A stretch of 63,719 nucleotides of DNA, filler included, from Choristocarpus tenellus KU-1152 (lineage: Eukaryota > Protista > Phaeophyceae), in NCBI GenBank assembly GCA_964200185.2. It is 11 parts of 11 records of this genome, joined end to end, with 100 filler letters (N's around TTAATTAATTAA, not from the genome) between each part and the next. Parts side by side here need not be neighbours in the genome. Positions count along the whole stretch, not along the records: positions 9,487 to 14,215 come from CAXNAD020013309.1; positions 14,316 to 22,544 come from CAXNAD020004968.1; positions 22,645 to 25,184 come from CAXNAD020026926.1; positions 25,285 to 29,220 come from CAXNAD020017050.1; 7 more parts are not named here. One strand, 5' to 3'. The position numbers and the translations under genes were made by a program. This document shows positions 13,301-26,127 of this stretch, piece by piece (position 1 is the first letter of the stretch; each line of letters opens with the position of its first letter). The notes under the pieces were generated by a model. That model was not told the DNA's origin, ran no database searches, and was given only the letters and a program-made list of their open reading frames with translations.

Positions 13301-13930
13301 TTTGCCTAACATCGTATGGATTCTCCTTTAGGTGTTTGGGAACCAGTATCCTGAAAGTCTCTTCGGTCCTTGGCGGGGGCGCGTGGGCAAAGAGGTAAAG
13401 GGCCGAGGCACAGCCCAGGTCGAGGGTGTATGAAAAGGTTAAGGTAGGAAATACTGGCAATAGTATCTGGGAGATACAGATAGGGCAAGGTTTCTTGTGT
13501 GAGGTGACGTGGTTGCTGAGGTGAGCGTGGGTTAGGGTCATTGGTGGGAGAGGCTGGTTATAAGGTCTCAATCCTCTCAGCAACTCTCCTCTCTCCTCTT
13601 CATTCCGGTTGGGGGGGGCGATCTGCTCTCTGTAAGACCTTCGCCATCCCGTGAAAGCTGTCCGTCTATTCTCGGAGAGGCCGTGTGTCCTCTATCATCG
13701 TTCGTTCCTCTTCTTTCCCAATATATTGTCACAAAGAGATATCCAGAAAGGGTTCGTCTGCACACAATGCTTAATATTGACTGTAGAAAATAATAAAAAG
13801 TAGTATGCATTTGTAGTGACCAGTTTCAATTCCCAACATACAGTACCTACCCCGATTTTGTTCACCCATGGGCATGCCCGAAAGAAGCGGCACAGAATTG
13901 ATATGGTACAATATCGTTTTAGTAGTACTT

Positions 13931-14121
13931 TAATTGTGGTTAGCTGGGAAATCAATCGTCGAAGCGACCGATTAATCTTGGTGAGCTGGGAAATCAATCG
14001 TCCAAGCGACTAATTAATCGTGGTGAGCTGGAAAATCAATCGTCAAAGCGACTAATTAATCGCGGTGAGCTGGGAAATCAATATTTGAAGCGACTAATCG
14101 TGGTGAGCTGGGAAATCAATC
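13931..14121. repeat. Minisatellite, 42-bp unit x~4.5
   Basis: GGTGAGCTGGGAAATCAATCGTCCAAGCGACTAATTAATCGT in tandem. Confidence 0.93.
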
Positions 14122-14500
14122 ATAAGCTTCATGGATAGGATGGAAACGATTACGAGCGTTTTTTTTAATTATGTTTATGTATTAATGCGCATCTCCCGCC
14201 TCGCCATAAGGAAGTNNNNNNNNNNNNNNNNNNNNNNNNNNNNNNNNNNNNNNNNNNNNTTAATTAATTAANNNNNNNNNNNNNNNNNNNNNNNNNNNNN
14301 NNNNNNNNNNNNNNNGGTGGTGTTTAGGTCATCCACCACCACACTATTATAGAACAGAAATAATTGGGTATGGTAACAAGGGGAGAAAACTGGACGTGTC
14401 TCACAAAGTTTTTCCACTAAACACGTTTCAAATCAAACATCAGATAAGTAGAGTGGATAGGACTTAGGACACTGACATGATTTATTATCGTGTCATTTAC

Positions 14501-14935
14501 CTGCTTACAGCTGGCTCTAGCCGCATAGTACAGCGAGCAGTCCCTCCTCAAAGCGATCGCCTTATCGAGTAGCTGATGATGGATTGACGGAGTTAGACAG
14601 GGAGCTGGGAGTGCGGACTTCGGGCAGGCGTAGACTCAATGAGAACGATATCTTTGAGAGCAGAGTACTGCTCCAGCCGGAAAGGATACACGATTGAGAG
14701 AGGATTTTTGTGCCGACATCGGCAACCCCCCTCTGTAGACAGAGCTTCAATGAAACACAGTGCATGGGATGGCATCAGCTAACCACCTGGTCGGCACTTG
14801 TCGACCTACCGGAATGGCTTTCGCATAGTCGCCGTTCTCTTCACATAGCCGTAAGCCTTGCTTGTAAGCATTCTGTGCATCGGTAGCACGCAAGCGCTCC
14901 GCCTTTTGGAGCTTCCTTCGTTCGTAGTCGTCCAT
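14501..14935 (-). CDS. TPR-repeat protein, first two exons (14935-14810, 14572-14501); rest off-contig
   Basis: Splice sites CCG|GTAGGT, CAG|CTA and CAG|GTAAAT join in frame to give AQNAYKQGLRLCEENGDYAKAIP|LLDKAIALRRDCSLYYAARASCKQ, a canonical TPR motif. Confidence 0.8.
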
Positions 14936-15194
14936 ATGTCAAAACCACAACAACAGTGCACCATCATCCGGGATAATTATCCCAAAGAATAATGGGGTTT
15001 CACAGTTACATTTTAGGATATCTTTGAGAAATAGGTAATATTATTAATACGTGCCTATAATAGCCATCTTCCATCTAAGGTATACCTTTAAGGTGATCTT
15101 CCTTGAGAAGATACACCTCAAGGTCTGTTGCTTCGTTAGACATCTGCATCTACTTGTTAAAGTAAATATCGGGTGGTTTGAGTGGACCTTACAA

Positions 15195-15351
15195 CCCCCC
15201 CTCATTCACTTTTGTCTGTTCACTCTTCCCTGACTGGCCTTCTGAGGGATTGCTCACCCTCTTGCCTTTCCTCTCCCCACTCCCTCCCTCCTGTGGGTCT
15301 TCCAGATCCCCTTCAGTCTGAAGAACCTGTCGGCCTGTTTCTAACTGTTTC
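15195..15351 (+). repeat. Dispersed ~155-bp pyrimidine-rich repeat, copy 1
   Basis: Similar to 53670-53827 (CCCCCTCATTCAC...CTTCTGAGGGATTG...GAAGAACCTGTCGGC..TGTTTCA). Confidence 0.75.
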
Positions 15352-17667
15352 ATGCTACTATTTTGTATTATATGATACAAACTATACATTACTACTTTGG
15401 ACTACATAAAATATTAATGTAATTATTGTGGAGTAGTATTTTAACGCCAAAGTACGAAATTAATGAGTAGGCGAGACAATCAGTCTTGGACACTCTTTTT
15501 CTATGTAATGTAGAACATAATTATTTTACCCAATGCGACAAACTGTCACACTCGATAACAAATACCAATAGTACTTTTTTGAGGCTGTACATTAGGAACA
15601 GTGATGGTTGACTGATTGGTACCATTGAGATGTCCAACAAGGCCTACTCATCACCAGGAACCCGATGGTGACCACCCCCACCACTCTGATTTGCTTTGTG
15701 GGAGGATGTCATTTGACCAAGTGTACACCTCATCATGGTTGGTAATAGTGTATTTTGCATGGAATGCAGCACATCGTCACTATTGCTCTGAACGGTGTTA
15801 GTAGTATATTTTATTGAGATCTCTGAAGAATTTTACGATTGAAATATGCACACAGGTCGTTAAGGGTTTAACACGAATGGACTCTAAGCGAAAAGGTCAT
15901 CTATAGGCCCCCTTGAGAAATATACTTAGGTTTTTTGGACACCAAACCTTTTCATCATACAGACGAATTTCAAATTTAACCAATCTCTTGCTCAGAACAA
16001 GCGTCAAGAATATTTTGTGTGTGTGATGAGATATTATTGTATTTCCTGTGGCAGATTGCCTGAGATCGTGCTGCTCATGTCTAGGAAATTACCTCCCAAA
16101 AGAATATTCTTCCAGTTCGAAGGCACACTCGCATTGTCAGATGGTTCATCGTGCTTGAATATGAGAGGCCCACAACAACCTGCAGTAAGTCCAAAATAGA
16201 AAAAGATCATTGGTTGGGCTAACTTTTTCCATTGCTACTAAAATATCCCCACTGATTCAACTAGATAAAAACAATGCGCAATACAACAAATAGTCTTGCA
16301 TTCTTATTCAAGATCCTAAGATAACATATATTACAACCGCAACAAGCTGCAATATGTGTTATTTCTCTCAGCCAATCGTTAACAATTAAGTAATACAAAA
16401 AAGAAGAAAGTGAGGCATGCAAAAATATTTGGGACTAGTGCAACAACAACAGTAGTAGCATTAACGAAATGAAGTCATATCAACTAATATATACGCTGTA
16501 GTAACTCATGATGACGAATCTACTCTGATATTGCTTCGGTGGTTGCGTGCGAAAATTTCATCAGACATTTGATGACTTTTAGACAGGCTACAACATACCA
16601 TCAACAATAATCTTTGTCCTACCATATCATCATGCCGTCCCCACTCTGATCCCCTCTTTTTGTAGGTGCAATAAAATGTCCTGTATTAGTCGGCAGATGG
16701 ACCAAATGATGTCCCTATATCCCTATGTAAGCGGGGTATAATGGTGGACACTACATGGAGTGCAGTGCAGTAGTCGGGTATAATTTTGATATTGGCACTT
16801 ACGCTATACAATAATAAACTATATGAAATAAATAATCAGCTTACCTGAGCCCAATCACTCCTACTTCTGTACAATAGTTCAAACAGTAGCGTACTATAGA
16901 GGCGAAACACTGACTTGGTAAATATGTCAGCTCTAGACACTACTTGGGACACAACCATGGTAGGCCACAAGTTTCCACCACAACTCACGACAAAGGCAAT
17001 ATGCTACTACTACGTTATGCACTCTTGAATGTTCATGACTTAGGACTCTATCCCTTACTACTTTACGATGAAATGCTCTGAGTAATATTACTATATACAC
17101 ACAATAACCAAAATAATAGTAGTAACAATCAATTACAGAACTTAAAAAATATTGGCACAATAATAACACTAACAGGAATATATTACTTTGATGTGCTATG
17201 GAGTGATACCTACATAATATTATTATTTTTTATCCTTTTGAGCTGTCTCCCTAACTTCACAACCACGTATCCAGTGTAGCTCCATGAATAAAATACTGTA
17301 TTGCTTGCTTCATTGTAGGATGTGGATACCCCTTCAGGTGTCCAAGGGTAGGCCCACCAGGTTTGTTCCGTGTCCTGGAGCAGATGGTGTCCCATCCGCT
17401 GACTGGATCCACCTCGTGAAAGGCCCCACAAAGTCGCCCTCTTCATCTCAAGGGAAAGAAGATGATGATGAGGCCTTGCTCGCTGGACTTCATCCCAGCG
17501 GCCCATTTGTCGCCTTGGTACAACAGCAGAAGGATCGCGACACAACCCTCAGCATTACTGTCGCATCGAGATCCATTGCTGCTGACATTAACAAGGTGTT
17601 TGGAAATCTAAGGAAGCTCGTGGCTGAGCCTGATGTGACCGGTGCAGCCTTTGAGGTAACATCTAGC

Positions 17668-17798
17668 AGCCTTGCAAAAGGTTCTCCTTCTGTGCCCAAA
17701 TCACCGTCTGGAGACTCAACTGGCGCCCTGGGCCTTGCAAAAGGTTCCCCTTCTGTCCCGCACCACTGTCTGGAGACTCAACTGGTGCCCTGGGCCCT
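17668..17798. repeat. Tandem duplication, ~64 bp x2
   Basis: GCCTTGCAAAAGGTTC..CTTCTGT...GTCTGGAGACTCAACTGG.GCCCTGGGCC occurs twice. Confidence 0.85.
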
Positions 17799-20563
17799 GA
17801 GGTAGGCAGGACAGTCACTTTCATCTGGACTGGAGATGTGCACACCAATGTGGAAAGCCATCGGCCTGGGAATATTGCCCCCTTAACCCCGCACTGAATC
17901 TGCACTATGAGGAATACGCCCTTGCACTTGAAGAGATGGAGCAACTGCACAAATATAATGGTGACATACATGGCTCCACTGCAGCCAGCGGCCAAAATTT
18001 GCATTCCCTTGTTACCATGAATAAACCTGCATTCCAGAGCCAGCCACACCACAGCAGCTTGCCGTGCAATCCCACTTCTTCGACTGGCATTATGTTGCCT
18101 TGATTGAGGTGTGCACCACTTCTCTCTTTGATCTTTTGAACACCATTGGAAACCCCGTACTGCTGGTGCCCATCCCATCAACACGCTACATATGCAAGGG
18201 CTGAGCATGGCTGTGAATTGATCGCACTACTGTACACTCCAACCATGATGTATCCACATACAGTGGCCCCACAACTCAATTTACACCGTGCAACACAAAT
18301 TAAACTCTGAGCCGGTCGCACATTGTACAACGGATCGCATTATTAGATAGTAATATGCGATGGAGAAGTTGAGTGCAGTCGGTCGGACCGTATCCTGCAC
18401 GGTACAAGAGTCCAAGGAAAAGGCGACTGATGACGAAGACGCCCTGTACCTTATCCACAAAAAGAGCAGCCATTCTGCTGTCCACATCTTGTGTTGAAAC
18501 ATAGATTTACTTCCGCTGTGATTCCTAGCTGCAGTTCAGTACCATCAACTAATGTCGACCATTGGCCCGTCTACTACTAATGGTTCCTAAGTGTACAATT
18601 ACCACCACTGCATTATACCGATATACACGGTATATGTTCACGACTTACCGTTGCACTCTGCATTGTTACAGAGTTAAGACATAGACTGCTTCCTCCACGA
18701 CTTATTATGCGATATTTAGCATAGCTGATAGTCAAACAGTAAATTGATTATAGAGATATCTTTCATATTTACGACAAGTGTTACTTTTATAGGGGTTCTT
18801 ACGATATTGAATTGACTTTTCCCCTGACACATCCCCAAAATGTCAGAGGGCGTAACACAAAAATATATTTATAGGTGCATTCCAGTGTGTAACGATTCTC
18901 TGGATAACCACATCGCATGCATACTGCCTTGAGCGGTATATGATCATGATTCACCGTTGGCACTTCGCATGATTTATAGAGAGTTATGACGCATTTGGTA
19001 CGTGTTCCACAAACATCCAAACTCAGCATATGATACATGAATTGACTCGGAATTTGACTCTGGGCTTTCAAAAAAAAAATTCGGAAGGAATAGTAGATGT
19101 CTCTCGTATTATGTTTTCTTTGCTTGGTATCGCACCCACTTTGACTTTGAGCTCACTTTGCAATAAATGTACTTCGACAAACCATCTGGATGGGATATAT
19201 TCAGAGTTGATATATCCACAAACCTCTACTCAGAGCATGCATCACTATCCTAGACCACAGCACTAAACAGTGCTGTACTTTACCATATCCAATTAGCTTT
19301 TTCACAGAGCATATCACGAGATCATCGCATTGAATTCCACCATTGCTTCAGTGCACTAGGTCACCGCTTCGCCTCATAAGACTCCAAGCCTCTATGCACA
19401 GACTTCACAAGAACCAACGATTCGTGCAATTCAAGGTTTAACATCATCTTGTGCAGTAAGTCTTACTCAGCCGATGCACCGTGATGCGTCGCCCATTGAC
19501 TGCCGATGATCGGCTACAGATGATCATTGAGTTGCAGGGGCTGGTGTGGAGGGAGGAGCAATCATTGATATCAAGAATACACCAGATCACATGATCCATT
19601 TCTTGCATACATATTAAAGAAAGAAATACTATTCGCAATACTGGTTTTGAATCCGTATTATTAGTAGGTGTAGTAGTATTTGAAAGTTGCGAAATGCAAA
19701 ATGCGGAAAGCACACCAAACTATTGTGGGCAAATTCCTTTTCAGTTTAGGAAAAGGTCGCACGTCCAGCTCGAACGTATACTTACCTGACGGGGGCTTGC
19801 CAGTGGTCAAGATGACTGGTGACCGCAGGGGGAGCAGGCTCTTGCACTTGGCTTGAAAACCATGGAGTGCTGTAATCCCTGCAGAAAGTTTCTTCGGAAG
19901 CTTCTCTACCGTATAATTTTTTACCGGGGAGGTTGCCCTTGCGCTCCTCCCAACGAACGAACGCGACGAACGGACATAGCAACAACAGTACCAACTCACT
20001 TGCCAACGCAACGCGCACAGCACACCTAAGACCGTACTTTTTTGCTGCACCTATTATCTCGAACTTCTTGCGATCAACTTGCTTATGTGTACGCGGTCTC
20101 AGCGCACCGGTTGGCCTCAATCGACAACCTGGTTGAATATTGCTGCTGTGCAAAATAGGACAATAGTGAGGTGTACCTTATAGCTGCAACCCTCTTATCC
20201 CGGGGCATTGACTGACTGACCAAGCTCACCTGTGCTATCCATCCCACCGACTGATGCGCGTCTTTGTCGCCACCCTGCTAGTATTCATTGTAAATCTCTA
20301 GGGAGATGCCATTTCCTCACCCCTCTCCACTGCCCCCTGCAGGTAGCTGCAGCTTTTACCCTCCTTGCAGAGGTGAACCTTGTTCCACCTCCGAGCGAGT
20401 GGGTGCTCTCCCTTTGCCCAGCCATTGCAACAACTATAGTGAGTGATGATAGAGGATACTAACTGGGGTGGCTGCCTCCCTGCTGACAAGCGGTGGATCC
20501 TCCCTCTCCCTTGCTCGTACTGTCAATCCCGGTCAATCCCAGTCAATTGAACCTTCGCATGCG

Positions 20564-20677
20564 TGGCGCTGGTCTACCAGCTACCATACCCTTGCAGGCA
20601 AGAGGAAACACCTTGGATACTTTGATGAGTACAAGGGCGGAGCCAAGAAGGTAGAGGAGGCTGCTGAGAAGTACTAG
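20564..20677 (+). pseudogene. Degenerate AP2 DNA-binding domain remnant
   Basis: WRWSTSYHTLAGKRKHLGYFDEYKGGAKKVEEAAEKY*G resembles the AP2 pattern W.A.I...GK.KHLG.F....AA..Y..AA..Y.G. Confidence 0.5.
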
Positions 20678-21676
20678 GGGTCCGAGGAAGTGGCTTTCGG
20701 GGTCTTGTCTCTGACTTAACTGACCCCCTCGTTTGTTATCTAACAGTAAGAACTAGTCTGTTGGCGCACACTCTCTTGAGCCCTGGGATACCGTTACTGG
20801 GGCTTGTCACCACTGGCATGGAGAAACCCAGACGGGAAGCTGCTGTTTTTGTTGTGGATACAACAACAATAAACTTAGGTATTTGATCATATTGCAATAA
20901 TCGTAGGGATATACCACAGAGTCACGGATAACTGAGGAAATACTATTATTCATAGTTTGGTTTGGTCGCCTGTACTGTTGTGATCTACAAACCACAGAGT
21001 ATATTTTCCCCAAAAATATCTCCTTTGGAGGATCCACTTACTCCCACTGAAGTTCTTTCGACTCCCAGTGACATTCCTACCACAGATCTTGGTTCCAAGT
21101 CCCAGAAAGTCCTAATCTGTTATTTCGACAAATTTTCGTGCTCAATGTCGGCCCCCTTTTAGGGCACAAGATACGTTTTTGCACAGAGCACGAGAATCAG
21201 TCCCAAGAGTTCGTAGAGATGTAGCTTTGCAGGGGGATGTCGTCAGTCCGTTCTATTTATTTCGTCGTGGTATTGCCCAGTTACCACTTGATTGACATTT
21301 TCTCAGACAAATTACCATCTGCTCATGAAAGGACTCCTGTGCGCTAGACTTTTGCGAAGTAAATATGACACCATTGGAGTTTTTCTTATCTCAGGGTACT
21401 GCTAGAAGCACTCTACTTATGTCCACGTTGAGATTGCTGGGAATCATGTGATGGACCAACTAGGAACTAGCTGCAGTACCTAGCCATCTCTACCGCGATC
21501 CAATGTGCTTTCGAAGTATTTCCACATGCGCCTTTCAGCGGTATGCCCTCAGAGCACTCCGTAAGACAATTTACAATATAATATACGAAGCAGATGCGTC
21601 CACCATTAACTGTGCATGTTTATACTTCCAAGTATTTTCTACATATCATAATGGGTTAGCTTAAATATCATGTGCT

Positions 21677-21855
21677 GACCCAAAGTATCTGGAGGAGGGG
21701 GGGGTCTACACCATGGTGTCCATTTGGGTCATAACCAGGAAAAGTGCACATACATTATCCATCCGGCATATGCAACCAAATCACCAAAAAATCGCGACAT
21801 TAATAAAATGGCACCAAATGGACAGCCACCACCCCTTCCGAGATACATTAAGTTC
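21677..21855 (+). mobile_element. MITE family B1 (~180 bp)
   Basis: GACCCAAAGTATCTGG(G-run)...CAGCCACCACCCC..AGATAC; similar to 30781-30959. Confidence 0.8.
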
Positions 21856-22644
21856 ACTGTGTAAGGGAGCATGGAGTGAGCATGCAAGAGGGTCAACAGG
21901 CACAGAGCTCGCTGCGGGGCTCAGCAACGCAGAGCTGTTATGAATACCTCACACCCCCCACTGACATGTTCAGTCATCTACCCCTATCAACTTCTCAAAG
22001 GCGGTAGAGACGTCTGATCCTATTTTCTTTAGCGGAATGAGAGATCTACAGGTAGGAGGTGTTGGATGGGACGTAGGCGGTGTGTATCAGGACTCTAGAT
22101 ACATGTCAGTTTCTGTTCTTCACTGTTGTCTCGTGCAAGCACTGCTGTAGTGTTTCGTACTATGCGAGGTTCCCATAACTAGTTGACCCGTTTTTCTCAT
22201 CCATGGGGAGGGAGCATCTTTTCTCGTTCTCTTGGGAAAGAGGGAAGCACTGTCGGCGCGGTGAAAACAACCCATTAGTTGAATCTATGCGCAGGGAATG
22301 ACATCACCTCTCCTAGCACCCTGGCAATCCTATGCCCCCCCACAATTATGGCATATACAGCAGTTTACTTGTAGCACTGTATATTTATGTGCATCCAACG
22401 AACAAAACAAAGCGTGAATGGGCTGCTCCATTCATACTCTACTGAAGCACATCACTAGAGAGCAGAAACATTTAACTTCAAGCACCAGAGCTCTACCGTA
22501 GAACAAAAACTGCAAATTGGGGCTTCATCATCAGTCAATACGTGNNNNNNNNNNNNNNNNNNNNNNNNNNNNNNNNNNNNNNNNNNNNTTAATTAATTAA
22601 NNNNNNNNNNNNNNNNNNNNNNNNNNNNNNNNNNNNNNNNNNNN

Positions 22645-22688
22645 GTGAAAAACGGACGCCGACACCCCCCCCCCAGATACTTTGATCC
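22645..22688 (+). mobile_element. MITE family B2 right end (contig start)
   Basis: GAAAAACGGACGCCGACACCCCCCCCCAGATACTTTGATCC matches the end of the 29963-30143 copy. Another partial copy lies at ~27683-27728. Confidence 0.75.
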
Positions 22689-23906
22689 ATTTCCACATTT
22701 GAAGGATTATATTATAGTGTATAACAAAAGAACTTTCGCCAAACCACATATGCGACAAACCTCACACTCGCTCACTCACTCAACAACAAACCAACGGGCC
22801 TGGACAATATACCGGAATCGTTGTCACAGTTATTGGAGAGGATCACACCCATCGCACTGCAGATGTAGGATGGCCACCCGTCAGCCATTAGGGGATCTGC
22901 CTAGCACAGGGGGAATGAACTCGTGGACTCCGGAGGGGTAGACCCCAGGACATCTCAAGGGTAAGGCCAGGCCTCCATCACAGCTAGACACACTCCAATG
23001 TAGCCAGTGCGTTCTGTAATTACCCCGGAACGAGGGATTAGCGCTTGAAGACTAGGCATAGTGAAAGATATGGTCACCATATCAAATCACACATTTGGAT
23101 CGAAATCAGAGACACGTGGTGTTCACCAATTACACCGTAACGCTCGGACTGGTGGCGCACACATCCTCCCATCAATAGCAGGACGAAACCTAACGACGAA
23201 GTTCGTGTCCTCCGATGTGTCGTTTCCGATCCGTGTCGGAAATAAACGATGTTCCTTTCTGTTTCTGTTTCCAATCCCAACCCTAACACCTGTCTCAACC
23301 CTAATCCTGTGCCTTAACCCCAAGACCATTCCCTAACCCTTACAATACCGAAATTATGCCAACACATGTTTCGCTCTTCCTTCATCCACTCACCTCATGT
23401 CACTTTTCCATACTTTACCGTACGACAACAAACTATGGCAAAAGTTGCAGCGGTCCACATAACAACTTACTTGAAGGCACACTCCTCCAATCCATCAACC
23501 TCGATTTTCCAACAACTCAAGCACAATCTCATATCCCCCGTAGAGAAGGAGGCCCCAAAAGTATATGTATAGACCTACACCACATGAAACGTTGGGCATC
23601 CCTTCCACCAAAAAACTCATATGATGGATCCTACACAATAGTTTACCGTACGACAGAACACGTCAATTGTAGTACATACATACACCAATATTTTGGGGGA
23701 TGACATACACCCAAGCTTTTGTCAATTGTTTCCAAAAATTCAGATCAAGGCACACACTCTACCCTACGACATACTACCTCAATTCACTTCACGCTACGTG
23801 CTTCTTGGGATGTATTCATAACCTTTTTGACATCGCTCGCGAGTGCCCGCATACGCGAGCCACACCTTTTCAGGATATTCTAACCGGGGCGGTTTCGGAT
23901 GAGAAC

Positions 23907-24627
23907 AGGTAGCACATATACGACTTGTGCAGTCCCCCCCACCCACAATGATCGACCTCTATTTCCCACTGGCGACAGACTCACCCTTCCCACCCCTTGC
24001 CAACGCATACACTAAACAAGCAAAAAATAACATTGACCCATTACGTCAAATCCACGCCTACCCTTCTCATCAACACCATGCACAACGTGCTAATCGCGTA
24101 TCGCACTTCTCAATCAACCGCACACCGTCCGTGCACACTTGCAGTCATCGCCCTCTATTTTGAATAAGTCCACCGATCGGTAAACTCGCGCAAAACTCCA
24201 AGTTATTGTTTTCTTTCATGTATCAACGTTGGCCATGTACCCATCGCTTGTTGTAGGAATACATAGCACATGTACTACATACATGATTCCCCCCACTCAC
24301 AATAATCGATCCCTGTTTGCCACTGGCGACAGACTGCCCCCTCCCGCCCCTTGCGAATGCATACACTAAACACGCAATAGATATTGTTGATCCATTATGT
24401 TACATCCGTGCCTTCCCTTCATGTCGACACCACGTGCGACATGATACTCACACATACACAATTCTTAATCGACCGCTCACTGTCCATGCACACTTACAAT
24501 CATCTCGCCCTCTATTCTCCAGAAGTCTGCCAAACGTCAAACTAACCCAAAACTCCAAGTTTTCGTTTTCATCACATAATGACATTCTGTCATTTACCAA
24601 ACACTTGTTCCAGGAATAGGTAGCACA
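23907..24627. repeat. Diverged tandem direct repeat, ~355 bp x2
   Basis: TAGCACA anchors at 23910, 24264 and 24621. Shared blocks CCACTGGCGACAGACT, GCATACACTAAACA, TCGCCCTCTATT and CAAAACTCCAAGTT. Confidence 0.85.
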
Positions 24628-25284
24628 GAAGATCACTCCAAAGAAAATGCCATCACATCGAATCAGTCACAGGACGCCACAACAGCGCCAACACTGACTC
24701 CAACACGTACCACCCCTCCCCTTATACACACAATCACCACAACCTTTAGGAATGAACGGACAGGGACGGCAGACAGCACAGTAACACGTATACGAAACTG
24801 TTTCAGGAGAATAGCGCAAGCATTTCTTTCTGCGTGCCAAAATGCGCTAACAATAAACATACGTAAGAATTCATGTAGGAGGAACTTTGAATTGATAGAA
24901 GATGCAGAGTAAGATTTGAAATGCAAACATAATCTTACTGAATAGATGTCAATTCCTGAAGGTTGCAGAATAAAGGTTTATGATTGAAGTATCTACTTAG
25001 CAGTTTGCAGACTTCATTTAACTCTTTCGCTGTAGAAAAATGGTGAATTATGTTAATAAAAGGCTGATGCGGACTACCACACCCTCAGATATTTTTGATA
25101 TACCTCTTTTGATAAAGCGAAAAGTGAGACATTGACTGAGCTAAGCATCAAGCTGACACCGTACGTGGTCATCATTTGTGGACCNNNNNNNNNNNNNNNN
25201 NNNNNNNNNNNNNNNNNNNNNNNNNNNNTTAATTAATTAANNNNNNNNNNNNNNNNNNNNNNNNNNNNNNNNNNNNNNNNNNNN

Positions 25285-25342
25285 CATCATTGGATTTTGA
25301 CCCCCAAATGGACGCGGCTCTACCCTCTAAGATAATTTGGGT
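25285..25342 (+). mobile_element. MITE family A right end (contig start)
   Basis: CAAATGGACGCGGCTCTACCCTCTAAGATAATTTGGGTC. Confidence 0.85.
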
Positions 25343-25522
25343 CATTGGATACATGAACATTCTTGGGATACCCAGATAATTTTTCTTTTCTCCCACGGGA
25401 CAGTCTGCCATGATGTGCTGGTCTGCCATTTCTTTTCCTGTGTGTAGACGGAGCCCACACTGCGGGGGTTTGATGTGATGGACAAGTCTCATTCGGAGCT
25501 GATCTCACTCAAATCCATTCTG

Positions 25523-25524
<2 letters not shown>

Positions 25525-25572
<48 letters not shown>
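25525..25572. repeat. (CA)n microsatellite
   Basis: Perfect dinucleotide run. Others: (TG)n ~35302-35328, (TA)n ~48608-48633 and ~58913-58937. Confidence 0.95.
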
Positions 25573-25573
<1 letters not shown>

Positions 25574-25778
25574 GTGTATTTCACGCACATTTCTTCGTCG
25601 TTGATGATGTTCGCATAAACATCAACCACAAGTATCTCCTGAGAATTCCAGTACCAGTTTTTGTTGACAGTCACAACAATGTGACGTCAACCATTGAATC
25701 CGAGATTCAGCTCAGATTCATCCCAAGATTTTATGGTTGTGAGGCCTTTGGGGTTTGCTCAATACCCCCTTTGACATA

Positions 25779-26127
25779 GAGTCAAAAGTGATGAGAGGTA
25801 CGAGACTTACATTTTAAGGACGATAACAAATACGTCCAAATTTCGGTCTTTTGTACGAATGCGCGTAGAGAATTTTCTGAATCCTATCAAAATTTCAAAC
25901 AATGAGCCAAATCAATTGAGAGGTAGGCAGGGCAATTTAAGGATCCTGAGAAAGGGAAGAAGGCAACATTTTGTAAAATTGCATAAAGAGCCTTTGCTGA
26001 ATTGTGGTGTCATTTTGTGTAGAAGAAGAGGGAATATCAAAAATATATAGTGTATTGTACGAGGTAAGAAAGACAGCTTAGAATGCAAAAGGCTCCAAAC
26101 CTGTCTACCTCTCAATTGGTTTGACTC
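25779..26127. mobile_element. MITE family C
   Basis: cata|GAGTCAAAAGTGATGAGAGGTA ... TACCTCTCAATTGGTTTGACTC|aata (imperfect TIR, near-identical 4-bp flanks). Confidence 0.7.

Noticed and set aside
13931-14121. CRISPR-like 42-bp repeats
   Set aside because: No spacers; tandem minisatellite.
15316-15351. Possible hammerhead ribozyme (CTGAAGA)
   Set aside because: No GAAA core or supporting stems; the other CTGATGA sites examined also lacked stem II.
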